DNA of 64,000 nucleotides, from NCBI GenBank assembly GCA_965246885.1, contig OZ251992.1, positions 3,168,001 through 3,232,000 of the forward strand. Reading direction: 5' to 3'. A program made the position numbers and the translations under genes. The notes under the pieces are model-generated. The model ran no database searches and was not told where the DNA came from. It worked only from the letters and a program-made list of their open reading frames with translations. Shown piece by piece: positions 36,682 to 47,934 of this stretch. The stretch's first letter is position 1. Each line of letters opens with the position of its first letter. This DNA comes from Abditibacterium sp. (GTDB lineage Bacteria > Armatimonadota > Abditibacteriia > Abditibacteriales > Abditibacteriaceae).

Positions 36682-37725
36682 TTACAGCGCGCGTCCAACG
36701 GCGGCGGCGATGGGCTTGAGCGCGGCCATCAAAGCGGCGAACTGCGCGGTGTCGAGCGTTTGTTGGCCGTCCGAAAGCGCATCTTCCGGGTGCGGATGCA
36801 CCTCGACGAGCAACCCATCGGCACCGGCGGCGACCGCAGCTTTGCTCATGGAGATGACCATGTCGCGCCGACCCGTGCCTTGGCTGGGGTCAATGATGAT
36901 AGGCAGGTGCGAGGCCTTCTTAATGGCGGGAATGGCGGACAAATCGAGGGTAAAGCGCGTCGAAGGCTCGAAGGTGCGGATGCCGCGCTCGCAAAACATC
37001 ACCCGCGCGTTGCCGCCCGCGAGGACATACTCTGCCGCCTTGAGCCACTCCTCGACCGTAGAACTAAGGCCCCGCTTGAGCAAGACGGGAGTGCGGCACT
37101 TGCCGACCTCGCGCAAGAGGTCATAGTTCTGCATGTTGCGCGCGCCGATTTGAAGGACATCGGCGAACTCGCACACTTGCTCGACCAAGGCAGGAGTCAT
37201 GACCTCGGTGATGACAGGCAAGCCCGTCACGCGGCGCGCTTCGGCCAATATCTGCAAACCTTCCAACCCCAAACCCTGAAAGTCGTAAGGCGAAGTGCGC
37301 GGTTTGTAAGCGCCGCCGCGCAAGAGGGTCGCGCCCTCGCTTTGTACTGCGGTCGCAGTATAAACGGTGTTTTCGAGGTTTTCAACGGAGCACGGCCCGG
37401 CCATCACGACCAACTTTTCGCCGCCAACTTCGACCTTTTGGGCGTCCGGGTGGTCGCCAAGAGCGAAAACGGAATCGGACGGGTGCGATTCGCGCGACAC
37501 CATCTTATAAGGTTTGGAAACGAACAGGACGCGCTCGACCCACTCGAAGGCTTGCAGTTGGGGCGCGACGAGTTCTTTCTCTTGGAGCGACGGAGCGCCC
37601 AAGGCGGCGATGATGGTGTCTTCGACGCCGCGCGTAACGTGCGACTGGTAGCCATGCTCGCTTAGTTTGTCCGCGACAGCGCCGATGTTGGCTTCGCTGG
37701 CGCCGCGTTTGAGAATGATAATCAT
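36682..37725 (-). CDS. aroF: DAHP synthase (class I beta, N-terminal regulatory domain)
   Basis: [30 protein letters not shown]. Confidence 0.94.
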   Translation of the reverse strand: MIIILKRGASEANIGAVADKLSEHGYQSHVTRGVEDTIIAALGAPSLQEKELVAPQLQAFEWVERVLFVSKPYKMVSRESHPSDSVFALGDHPDAQKVEVGGEKLVVMAGPCSVENLENTVYTATAVQSEGATLLRGGAYKPRTSPYDFQGLGLEGLQILAEARRVTGLPVITEVMTPALVEQVCEFADVLQIGARNMQNYDLLREVGKCRTPVLLKRGLSSTVEEWLKAAEYVLAGGNARVMFCERGIRTFEPSTRFTLDLSAIPAIKKASHLPIIIDPSQGTGRRDMVISMSKAAVAAGADGLLVEVHPHPEDALSDGQQTLDTAQFAALMAALKPIAAAVGRAL

Positions 37726-37731
37726 GGGTGG

Positions 37732-38913
37732 CTATGGGGCAAGGACAGTTTGGAGCGCCGCAAGGAAGCGGTCGTTCATTTCGGGGGTGCCAACGGTGAC
37801 GCGAATCCAGTGCGACAACCCAAAAGGCGTTCCGGTGCGGACGATGACACCCTGCTTGAGCAGGTCGTTGAAGACGCGCGCCGAGTCCACGCCGATGCGG
37901 ACGAAGACGAAGTTGGCTTGCGAAGGGATGTATTCGAGACCCATCGCGTCAAAAGCGCGCTCCATTTGCTCGCGACCTTGGGCGTTGACGGCAACCGAAT
38001 GGGCGATGTGCGCTTCGTCGCTCAGGGCGGCGATAGCGGCGACTTGGGCGAGCGAGTTGACGTTGAACGGGCCGCGCACTTGTTGCAAATGAGCGATAAG
38101 CTGCGCGTTCGCCACGCCATACCCCACACGCGTTCCGGCAAGGCCGTAGGCTTTGGAGAAAGTGCGCAGCGCGAGGACGTTGTGCGACTCGATATAGTCG
38201 AGAGCGTTGGGGGTGTCGTCAGTGACGTATTGGGTGTAGGCTTCGTCCAACACGACTACAACGTGCGGGGGCATCTTGTCCAGAAAAGCCTCGAACTCGG
38301 CGCGCGAAACGATGCTTCCCGTCGGGTTGTTCGGGTTGGCGATAAAGACCAAGCGGGTGTGCTCGTTCACATGGGCGGCCATTGCGGGCAGGTCGTGGCG
38401 CAGGTCGGGCGTAAGCGGGACGGCGTGAAAGGCGCAGCCAGCCATCATCGCGCACGCTTTGTATTGCACGAACGACGGCGCGCCGAACACCACCTCATCG
38501 CCGCGTGCGCCGTCCAAAAATGCGAGCGACAGAAAGTGAATCACTTCGTCGCTGCCGTTGCCGACGACGAAGTTTTCCGGCGCCAAGCCATGATGCGCGG
38601 CGAGGGCGTTCTTGAGGGCGAAACAGGTGTCGTCGGGGTAGAGCCACACGTCGGGCGTAGCATCACGCATCGCGGCGAGGGCGAGGGGCGAGGGGCCTAA
38701 GACGTTCTCGTTGGAGGCGAGCTTGAAAAGGGAAAAATCGGGGGACAAACCCAATTCGCGCTTGACTTCTTCGATGGGCTTGCCGGGAACATAGGGCCGC
38801 AGGTGGCGCACCGCGTCGCGCACCAGCACCGCGTCGCGCACCAGCACGGCATCGGCGGCGCACGAAGCGCCCCCGATGATGTCGTCGTCTTGAAGTAGAG
38901 GGGCCGTTTGCAT
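37732..38913 (-). CDS. hisC: histidinol-phosphate/aromatic aminotransferase
   Basis: YVPGKP, KLASNEN, NPNNPTG, DEAY, RTFSKAYGLAG.RVGY. Confidence 0.93.
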   Translation of the reverse strand: MQTAPLLQDDDIIGGASCAADAVLVRDAVLVRDAVRHLRPYVPGKPIEEVKRELGLSPDFSLFKLASNENVLGPSPLALAAMRDATPDVWLYPDDTCFALKNALAAHHGLAPENFVVGNGSDEVIHFLSLAFLDGARGDEVVFGAPSFVQYKACAMMAGCAFHAVPLTPDLRHDLPAMAAHVNEHTRLVFIANPNNPTGSIVSRAEFEAFLDKMPPHVVVVLDEAYTQYVTDDTPNALDYIESHNVLALRTFSKAYGLAGTRVGYGVANAQLIAHLQQVRGPFNVNSLAQVAAIAALSDEAHIAHSVAVNAQGREQMERAFDAMGLEYIPSQANFVFVRIGVDSARVFNDLLKQGVIVRTGTPFGLSHWIRVTVGTPEMNDRFLAALQTVLAP

Positions 38914-39087
38914 GGAAAAGTCGCCCATTCGAGCGGGGCCAAAGTGTAAGGAAAAGCGTCTGCCTCGGCGAAGGAGACCACCCGCTATGGCGACCGAAAC
39001 TCCGTCTCACCTAACGCCCGAACAAGAAAGGAACTGGCAAATCGCCTTGCAAATCAACCGCGCAGGGCAAAGACCTCGACAAGATAC

Positions 39088-39202
39088 GTTAGAGCGACTG
39101 AAGTCGCAGCCAGCGAGAGCGTCGGCCTTCGCCGACGGGATTTCAGTTACTGCTTCGGCGAAGGCCGACGCTCTCGCTGGCTGCGACTTCAGTCGCTCTA
39201 AC
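39088..39202. repeat. REP/REPIN-like nested palindrome, family A copy 4
   Basis: family core with N6 GAGAGC/GCTCTC. Confidence 0.9.
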
Positions 39203-39722
39203 ACTCAAATACCGGCGCATCCGGTAGCGCCAGTAAGTCCGTTACACCGCAGTCGAGGCCCAGTAGCTCCATCACTCCCGTGATTTGGCCGCGATGGTGG
39301 GTCTGGTGGTTCCAAAAGTGCGCGAGGGCAAGGGCAAAAGGCGTTTGGCGCGGCGTCGGGTTGGTCGCGGGTGTCCACGACAGTTCTCCTTCCAACTGCT
39401 CCGATGTTAGACTTCCGGCGAACTGTTCAGTTCGCCGGTCGAGCGCGCTTCGGGCGGCGCACAGTTGTTCCCAATCGGCGAAAAGCTCTATATCCAAGCC
39501 GCGAAACTCAAACGGCAGAAGCGTCTTTTGGAAGCGCGACAGCCACAGGTTGTCCGCGACGAGCAAGTGATTCCACACGCCGTGCAGCGATTGAAAAGGG
39601 ATGGAAAGCGGTTGCTTACGCGCTTCGTCGGGGAGCTTGGAACACTCCGTCAACAACTTCCCGTTCATCCACGAGTTATAGCGCGCGAAAGTGCGCTGCA
39701 TTTCCAAGGCGTCGAAGGTCAT
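39198..39722 (-). CDS. DinB/YfiT family metal-binding protein
   Basis: YNSWMN, SLHGVWNHLLVAD..W, HFWNHQTHHRGQ. Confidence 0.9.
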   Translation of the reverse strand: MTFDALEMQRTFARYNSWMNGKLLTECSKLPDEARKQPLSIPFQSLHGVWNHLLVADNLWLSRFQKTLLPFEFRGLDIELFADWEQLCAARSALDRRTEQFAGSLTSEQLEGELSWTPATNPTPRQTPFALALAHFWNHQTHHRGQITGVMELLGLDCGVTDLLALPDAPVFEC

Positions 39723-39780
39723 GCGCTTGGGTTTAACCGAAATGGGCGCTTTGAGCGCGTTGCTTATTCCTCGCCACAGT

Positions 39781-40302
39781 TCAGCGCAAGACGGCTTGGC
39801 GGGCGCGTTTGCGCTCCAAATCGAGGCGCAGGTCGCGGGCGCCATCGCGCCCACCGCGTTCTTCGAGGGCTTGGGCGGCACTTTCCACGAGCGCGGCTAA
39901 AGTGCGGCTTTGCACGGGCGAGGCAGGAAGGGCATCCTGCGCTTCGAGTTCCATGAACATCGGAAGGGTTAGGCCAAGGCGGGCGGCAAATTCCTCGCCC
40001 GACAAATTGAGCGCGACACGCACTCGCGTGACGAGGGCGCCCGTCGCGGCGCTCATGGACGCGCCCGCGCGAATGGTGCGCGCGTCGCGGTCGTATTGCG
40101 CGCGCTTTTGCGAGTTGCCCAACACCGCGTAGGCTTCGATGATCTCTTTGATGCGCGCTTCGGCTTCGACGGGCCGATGGCGGTTGGCATCGGGGTGAAA
40201 CTCGCGCACGAGCATCCGATACGCCGCTTTGATTTGCGCCGCATCCGCCGACGACCGCACCCGTAGCGCCGCGTAAAGATCACCCTTGAAAGGGGTTGAC
40301 AT
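39781..40302 (-). CDS. J-domain protein with C-terminal XRE-like HTH
   Basis: IKAAYR..FHPD..EAYAVLG..RAQYD; VRVALNLSGEEFAARLGLT....ELE. Confidence 0.75.
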   Translation of the reverse strand: MSTPFKGDLYAALRVRSSADAAQIKAAYRMLVREFHPDANRHRPVEAEARIKEIIEAYAVLGNSQKRAQYDRDARTIRAGASMSAATGALVTRVRVALNLSGEEFAARLGLTLPMFMELEAQDALPASPVQSRTLAALVESAAQALEERGGRDGARDLRLDLERKRARQAVLR

Positions 40303-40348
40303 AAGTCTTCTCTCAAAGCACGAAATTTGCCGCGCGCCGTAAGAAACG

Positions 40349-40433
40349 GTACGCGCCAACCAACCACACGTACGCGCCAACCAACCCCACATACACGCCG
40401 ATGAACGACAGACGTCTGTCATCGCGTCGCCGG
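40349..40433. repeat. R21 repeat locus 4
   Basis: 21-bp periodicity, GACAGACGTCTGTC at 40407-40420; unit 40413-40433 is 18/21 identical to unit 555-575. Confidence 0.7.
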
Positions 40434-40442
40434 AGAAGTTTT

Positions 40443-41882
40443 TCAGGGCAGCGACACCGCGACCGCGCGAGCCTGCCCAAACGGGACGCGCGCCAAAATG
40501 CGGCCCTGCGCGTCGCACGCCAGCGACTCGCCGCCGTTGGCGCTTTGCACGAGCGGCAAACCATTTTCGACGGCGCGCAGGACGCCCATCTGGGCATGTT
40601 GATACGGCGCTTCGGTTCCGCCGAACCATTCGTCGTTGGTGATAATGGCGAGCAAACTGGCCCCCCTCGCCAAGCGTTTGGCCGGGTCGGGAAAGCACGA
40701 CTCGAAGCAAATTAAAGGTGCGATTGTGCCGTGCGACCAACGGAGCGCGCCCTCGCCCGTTCCGGGCAAACACTCCGGGCGCGGCGACAGAATCGCCAGA
40801 AACGGCAGCCATTCCACGAACGGCGCGCGCTCGCCAAATGGGACGAGGCGCTCCTTGGCGCGGCCCATCGGCGGCTGGTTTGGTTCGAGGAGCAGGGCAT
40901 CGTTGCGGCGCGCGTCGCCGTTTGGCCCTGCGAAGAACTCTTGTGCGCCGACCAGAAGAGTCGTTTGGGGCGGCAACAACAAGCGCAGTTGCGCGTAGTC
41001 CAAGCCCGATAACCGGCGCGTTTGAGTTGTTCCCGACGGTGCGGGAACTCCGAACTCCGCCGTCGTTTCGGGCCACACGACGAGGTCGTATTTGCCGCTT
41101 CGCGTCGCTTCTTGGGTGAGCCGGAACGCTTGGGCGAAGGGCGTTTCCCCGCGCGCGTTGCCCGATTTCACGAGGCTCGCCACGTTTGTTTGCACGATCA
41201 AAACGCGCGCGCCCGTTTGCGTGAGCGGATGGGTACGCAAGACGAGTGCCCCGTAACCGTGCAAGACCACCAGCAACACGACCGGCGCGACGAAATGCGC
41301 TTTGGCGCGCGTGCGCATCCCCATCGCCAGACTCGCCGCGACGAAGACGCACACAAACGTCAGCCCATGCCCGCCAAAGGTCGCCGCGTTTTGCAGGAGG
41401 GGCAAGTCCCTCGTCTGCGAAAACGACAGCGCCCCCCAAGCGTGCGCGAGGGGAGAGACAGTGCGAAGCGCGTCCAACCCCGTCCACAGCACGGCGCACC
41501 AAAGCGGCGCTAAATGGGGCTTGCGCTCCGATTGCCACGCGACCAAACCGACTTGCAAACCATGAATCGCCGCGATGAGCGCAACCGCAATGAGCGAGAG
41601 GAAAAATCCCACCGCGACCGGCGCGCCGATGGCCGGGGCGCCTTTGGAAATCGTCGGAATCAGCCACCAGTTGATCAATCCGAACGACAAAAAGCCCGTT
41701 CGCCAACCAAAGCGAAAGCGTTGCTTGAGATTCGGGTCAAACAAGCAGTAGAAAAACGGCGCGAGCGCGAACCAACCGAGGGGCGCAACGCAAAACGCGC
41801 CCGCCAACCACCACAACAGGGCCGTTGCCAGCGCGCCAAAAAGCAGCGGGCGACGCGCGAGGGCGGATCGAAAACGGGCCAT
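40443..41882 (-). CDS. lnt: apolipoprotein N-acyltransferase
   Basis: TM region; VWPETT, KERLVPFGE, ICFES, TNDEWF, RAVENG. Confidence 0.93.
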   Translation of the reverse strand: MARFRSALARRPLLFGALATALLWWLAGAFCVAPLGWFALAPFFYCLFDPNLKQRFRFGWRTGFLSFGLINWWLIPTISKGAPAIGAPVAVGFFLSLIAVALIAAIHGLQVGLVAWQSERKPHLAPLWCAVLWTGLDALRTVSPLAHAWGALSFSQTRDLPLLQNAATFGGHGLTFVCVFVAASLAMGMRTRAKAHFVAPVVLLVVLHGYGALVLRTHPLTQTGARVLIVQTNVASLVKSGNARGETPFAQAFRLTQEATRSGKYDLVVWPETTAEFGVPAPSGTTQTRRLSGLDYAQLRLLLPPQTTLLVGAQEFFAGPNGDARRNDALLLEPNQPPMGRAKERLVPFGERAPFVEWLPFLAILSPRPECLPGTGEGALRWSHGTIAPLICFESCFPDPAKRLARGASLLAIITNDEWFGGTEAPYQHAQMGVLRAVENGLPLVQSANGGESLACDAQGRILARVPFGQARAVAVSLP

Positions 41883-41901
41883 CAAGCGGGGGATGCCCGC
41901 G

Positions 41902-42333
41902 TCATTCCTTGGTGCTGGGCGGGAAGAGCAGTATCCGTTCGCCGGGGCGCACAAAGCCGTTTTCGGCCAAGGCGCGCTCGCGGCCCGACCCGCCACCAAA
42001 AGCCGCCAAGCGTTTGCGTCCGGCGTCCAACTGGGCGCGAAGCGCCTGAAGTGTAACCTGCTTGGTTCGCACGCGCGCGTGAACAGCCTTGTATTCGCCC
42101 CAGATTCCCTTGAGATGCCCGAAGCGCGACGAGACGCCAAACGCCGTGCCCGCGATGACAACTGTTGCGGCCAAGAAGCCCGTCCACGCGAGGGTGTTGA
42201 CGCGGCGGCGCTTGGCCTTTTTGCGCGCGCGCCGCGCGACCCCGCGCTCGTTGGCCGAGAGCGCGGGTGATGGGTTCTTGGCTTTAGGAGCCGGTTTAGG
42301 AACGGGACGAGACGGCGGCGATGATGATTTCAT
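41902..42333 (-). CDS. septum formation initiator FtsB/DivIC-like
   Basis: basic N-terminus, TM, coiled coil, ENGFVRPGE; directly downstream of eno. Confidence 0.65.
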   Translation of the reverse strand: MKSSSPPSRPVPKPAPKAKNPSPALSANERGVARRARKKAKRRRVNTLAWTGFLAATVVIAGTAFGVSSRFGHLKGIWGEYKAVHARVRTKQVTLQALRAQLDAGRKRLAAFGGGSGRERALAENGFVRPGERILLFPPSTKE

Positions 42334-42372
42334 AGAAGTCTCGGTGGGGACGCCGGAGGCGCTGGCGCCAAG

Positions 42373-43731
<1,359 letters not shown>

Positions 43732-43767
43732 TCACCTTACACACCCTAAACGACGTGTTCTGATGGG

Positions 43768-45168
43768 TCACACCCGTTTCCACGTCGTGCCGTCTATGCC
43801 GTCCTCCAACGCGATGCCAAGTTCCGCTAAACGGACGCGGATTTGGTCGCCGGTTGCGAAGTCGCGGCGTTCGCGGGCGCTTTGGCGGACGGAAATCAGC
43901 AGTTCGAGCAGGTGGGGCGTGAGGCTATCAGCGACGGTTTCTTCCTCGAACGAAAAACCGAGCATCTCCAAGGCGGCGCGGATGGTGCCGCCCAGATTTT
44001 GGTCGCTGGAGCGGTTGAACTCGGACACGAACTCGAACGCGGCGCCGATGGCTTCGGGGGTGTTGAGGTCGTCGTCCAAGGCGCTGTTCCACTTCGCGTC
44101 GAAGGCGCGCGCCGTTTCGCTCTGCGCGCTCTGCGGCTCAACGCCTTTGAGCGCCGTGAACAAGCGCGCCCATGACGCTTTGAACTGCTCGACTTTGGCT
44201 TCGATGTTGGGCACTTTGTCCTCGCCGCCCTTGGACGCGACATCAAGCGGCGAGCGCGGGTGCGTTTGCAAAAAGAGCAAGCGCCAGACGTTTTTGGGCG
44301 CCATCTTCAAAGCGTCCTCAAGGGTAACGAAGTTGCCCAACGACTTGCCCATCTTCTGCCCGTTGACGCGCAGTTCGCCGCAGTGCCACCAGACGTTGGC
44401 GAAGGTGTGGCCCTCGCCCAGATAGGATTCGGACTGCGCGATTTCGTTTTCGTGGTGCGGGAAGACCAGTTCGCGCGCGCCGCCGTGTATGTCGAAGCCC
44501 TCGCCCAGAATCTCCAGCGCCATCGCGGAACACTCGATGTGCCAGCCGGGGCGCCCGTCGCCATAGCGCGAAGGCCACGCGGGTTCGCCGGGTTTGGCGG
44601 CTTTCCACAGCGCGAAGTCGGCGGGGTCGTCCTTGGTTTCGCCGGGCAACACGCGCGCTCCGGCGCGCAGTTCGTCGGGTTTTTGGCCGCTCAGCTTGCC
44701 GTAATCCTCGTCTTTGGACACGTCGAAGAACACGTCGCCCTCGCGGGCGTAGGCGTAGCCGTTGCTTTCGAGTTGCCCAACCATCTCCAGAATCGGCGCG
44801 ATGTGCGTCGTGACGCGCGGGTATTCGTGCGCGGGCAACACGTCGAGCAGCGCCAGTTCCCGCAACGACTCCTCGTGGAAGCGGCCCGCTAAGGCGAGCG
44901 GGTCTTCGCCCAACTGCGCGGCGCGGTTGATGATCTTGTCGTCTATGTCGGTCACGTTCTGGACGTGACGCACGCGCAGGCCGCGATGTTCGAGGGTGCG
45001 GCGCAGGGCGTCGTAGGTCAAAAAGGCGCGCGCGTGTCCGATATGGAGCTTGTCGTAGGGCGTCACGCCGCAGACGTACATAGAAACTTCTCCCGCCACG
45101 CGTGGCGCAAGCGGCTCCTTTTCGCGCGACAGGGTGTTATAGAGGTTCAAAGACAAGGGCTGGCTCAT
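43768..45168 (-). CDS. cysS: cysteine--tRNA ligase
   Basis: [41 protein letters not shown]. Confidence 0.97.
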   Translation of the reverse strand: MSQPLSLNLYNTLSREKEPLAPRVAGEVSMYVCGVTPYDKLHIGHARAFLTYDALRRTLEHRGLRVRHVQNVTDIDDKIINRAAQLGEDPLALAGRFHEESLRELALLDVLPAHEYPRVTTHIAPILEMVGQLESNGYAYAREGDVFFDVSKDEDYGKLSGQKPDELRAGARVLPGETKDDPADFALWKAAKPGEPAWPSRYGDGRPGWHIECSAMALEILGEGFDIHGGARELVFPHHENEIAQSESYLGEGHTFANVWWHCGELRVNGQKMGKSLGNFVTLEDALKMAPKNVWRLLFLQTHPRSPLDVASKGGEDKVPNIEAKVEQFKASWARLFTALKGVEPQSAQSETARAFDAKWNSALDDDLNTPEAIGAAFEFVSEFNRSSDQNLGGTIRAALEMLGFSFEEETVADSLTPHLLELLISVRQSARERRDFATGDQIRVRLAELGIALEDGIDGTTWKRV

Positions 45169-45261
45169 GGGGCGCGAGTATAAAAGCGCGCCGGTGCGTT
45201 TTACTTATGGCGGCACTTCGCCCGTCCGCTTGTGTCAAAAGACGTCTCGCTGCATCGCATT

Positions 45262-47934
45262 ATGAAATCCCTGCCCGTCTTGCTTCTCGCGCCCTTCTTT
45301 CTGAGCGCCTCTTCCTCCTCCGCCGCCCCCAAAACCGCCGCGCCCCCTGCCGCTTGGCCCGGTTGGATGCCGATGCCCCTTCTGCCGCCTGCTGCCAAAG
45401 CTGCGGGCGTGTTTCCCGGAGGCGAAGGCTCGCAGTGGCCGCGCGGCCCCGTCGTGGTCTCGAAAAGCGACCCGAACTTTCTACTATTGCCCATAGATGT
45501 CGGCGGCTTGTATGCCTCGCACGATGGCGGCGCGCACTGGAAACCGGCGATGAACGGCTGGAACGCGCGCGGCGCCAACGGGTTCGCCATTGACCCGCGC
45601 AACGCGAAGCACGTGTTGGGAGTCGCGGGCAACTCGATGAACTGGGACAAGGGTTGGGGCATGAGTCCGCACGGCGTTTATCGCTCAAACGACGGCGCGG
45701 CGTCGTGGAAGCAAACCCTCGCGGCGCCCGATTTAGGCGGCTTTTCGCCCGCCTTCGACCCGTCGTCGTTCGACAAAACGAGTGGCATTTGCATGCGCGC
45801 CTACTTTCTGTCGGTGCATGATGGGCTATTCGTGAGCGAAGACGGCGGCACGACGTGGAAGGGCCTTGCGCGCACCACACGACTTGGCAATGGCTTCTTG
45901 CGGGCTGACGACGCGGGCACGGTCTACGTTGGCGGGAGTGCGGGCTTGTGGCGCTCGACTGACCGGGGCGCGACGTGGAAACAATCGCGCACCCAACCCA
46001 TCGCGGGCCTCGATTTGGGCGCCCTGCCGAATGTATTGTATGTGTCGGGCGATGACGGGCTGAGCATCTCGCGCGACGGCGGAACTACGTTTGCGCCGCT
46101 TGCGGCCAAAGGAGTGGAGCGGAGCGGCAAAGCGATCTTGAACATCACCGTTTCGCCCGCCGATGCCAAGCGCATGCTGTGCTGGGTGCAGGGCGACAAC
46201 TACCAGTGGGTGCGCTACGTGTCGGACGATGGCGGGGCGACCTTTGCGCCCATCAAAGTGGAGCGCGGCCAAGCGGGGCGCGACGACGGCACGGTGTCGA
46301 GCGTCCCCGGCGGCTACGCCAACTTGCCGCTCAACGTGCGCGAGGGCAAGTTCGCGTGGTCGCCGACGAACCCCAACTTGGTGTATGGCATCGGCGGCGA
46401 CTGGGTGACGCGTTCAACCGACGGCGGGCACACCTTCAAATGGTGGAACAACGGCTACAACGGCATCATGCTCGGCTCCAGCTTTAACTTCGCCGCGCAA
46501 GACCCCGCGCACGTCTTTCTGGCGTTTCAGGATTACAACACCGCCGACACCAAAGACGGCGGCGCGACGTGGACGTATCACGACGCGTCGGGCAAAGGCT
46601 GGGGTGGGCACTGCTACGGCGCGGGCCAAACGACTGGCGGCGTCTATTGGTATGGCGACGCCGACGACTGGGGCGGCAAGCGCCGCCTGCGCATCTCCTT
46701 CGACGCGGGCGCGACGTGGGATTTCGCCAAAACCGATGGGCAGGTGTGCGCGTGGGATGGCGCGGAAGTTTCCTTTACTTCGCCCCGCAACGACGCGGTT
46801 CTGTTCGCTTCCAACTGGCGCTCCGCCGACAAAGGGAAAACGTGGGCGAAGATGGAGGGATGTGACGGGGTGTTTATCAGCGCCGCCGATGGCCGCTTAT
46901 TCGGTCGCAAAGGAAGCGCGCTGGTGCAGTCCAAGGACGACGGCGCGACGTGGGACAAAGTCGCCGATGTTCCCGGCGGCTTCGCCGATGTCGCCTTCGA
47001 CGCCAAGCGTAACCGCTTTTACTTCGCGTCCGAGGGGCGCTTGAAGCGGTTGGACGACGGCAAATTTTCGGACGTGGCATTGCCGCGCGACCAGATGGGG
47101 AATGGGCCGCAAGCCGTCACAGTCGCCGTTGACGCGGACGCACCGGACGTGGTGTATGCGGGCGGACCGCGCAACCTGTATGCGAGCCATGCGACCGTTG
47201 TGCGTTCGCGCGACGGCGGCGCGACGTGGGAAAATCTGACGACGGGCGACGGCCCGCACGAGGTCGCGTGGATTCGCGTTCATCCCCTAACTGGGCAGGC
47301 GTGGCTCAACGGCCAGTGTTACGGCATGTGGCGCATCGCGCGCCCAACGACTTTGGGCGCCGCCGACCCCAAGCACGGCGACGCGCCGCGCATGCTTGCC
47401 GTTGCGAGTGTCGCCGACCTCAAACCGGCCCCGCCCGCCGCCGTGCGCGACCCGGACGAGCCGAAGATTACCGACATGGTCGCCGACTTCGGCGGGCGCA
47501 ACTTCGATTACGCCTACGGCGACATCTGGAAAGTGGGCCAGAACGTCACGACCGGCGACGACGAGGGCACCGGCTTCGTCCAACTCGACACGACCGAGCA
47601 CGGCGGTGCGGGATTGGTGCTCAACGGCGCCAACTTGCAGCCCGGCGGCCAAACCCACCTCGCCTTGCGCGCCCGCTTGCTCGATGGCAACGCGGCGGGA
47701 CTTTTGTCGGTCAACCTCAACCGCGCCGACGCGGACGGCGGCGGCAAAAGCGTCACCTTCGACCTTTCCAAACTGCGCGCCGACAAGTGGACGACTTTGC
47801 TCGTGCCCCTACCCGCAGGCGAGTGGACGAAGGTGCAGCAAGTGCAGATTCAGGGCACCAACTGGAACCCCGAAGCCAAACCGCTCCGCGTTCAAATAGA
47901 CGCTTTTGGCACGACGACGCCCGACGCGCGCTGA
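45262..47934 (+). CDS. secreted BNR/Asp-box beta-propeller protein (GH74-like) with C-terminal CBM-like domain
   Basis: signal peptide, DVGGLY, many S.DGG.TW repeats, Pro-rich linker, C-terminal beta-sandwich. Confidence 0.8.
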   Translation: MKSLPVLLLAPFFLSASSSSAAPKTAAPPAAWPGWMPMPLLPPAAKAAGVFPGGEGSQWPRGPVVVSKSDPNFLLLPIDVGGLYASHDGGAHWKPAMNGWNARGANGFAIDPRNAKHVLGVAGNSMNWDKGWGMSPHGVYRSNDGAASWKQTLAAPDLGGFSPAFDPSSFDKTSGICMRAYFLSVHDGLFVSEDGGTTWKGLARTTRLGNGFLRADDAGTVYVGGSAGLWRSTDRGATWKQSRTQPIAGLDLGALPNVLYVSGDDGLSISRDGGTTFAPLAAKGVERSGKAILNITVSPADAKRMLCWVQGDNYQWVRYVSDDGGATFAPIKVERGQAGRDDGTVSSVPGGYANLPLNVREGKFAWSPTNPNLVYGIGGDWVTRSTDGGHTFKWWNNGYNGIMLGSSFNFAAQDPAHVFLAFQDYNTADTKDGGATWTYHDASGKGWGGHCYGAGQTTGGVYWYGDADDWGGKRRLRISFDAGATWDFAKTDGQVCAWDGAEVSFTSPRNDAVLFASNWRSADKGKTWAKMEGCDGVFISAADGRLFGRKGSALVQSKDDGATWDKVADVPGGFADVAFDAKRNRFYFASEGRLKRLDDGKFSDVALPRDQMGNGPQAVTVAVDADAPDVVYAGGPRNLYASHATVVRSRDGGATWENLTTGDGPHEVAWIRVHPLTGQAWLNGQCYGMWRIARPTTLGAADPKHGDAPRMLAVASVADLKPAPPAAVRDPDEPKITDMVADFGGRNFDYAYGDIWKVGQNVTTGDDEGTGFVQLDTTEHGGAGLVLNGANLQPGGQTHLALRARLLDGNAAGLLSVNLNRADADGGGKSVTFDLSKLRADKWTTLLVPLPAGEWTKVQQVQIQGTNWNPEAKPLRVQIDAFGTTTPDAR

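Noticed and set aside
38808..38843. 18-bp perfect tandem duplication in the hisC 5' region (DAVLVR repeat)
   Set aside because: Real but likely simple slippage in a non-conserved N-terminal extension; unrelated to R21.
39781..41706. 641-aa ORF as one large J-domain protein
   Set aside because: The upstream part overlaps lnt out of frame and crosses the R21 array; only 39781-40302 looks protein-like.
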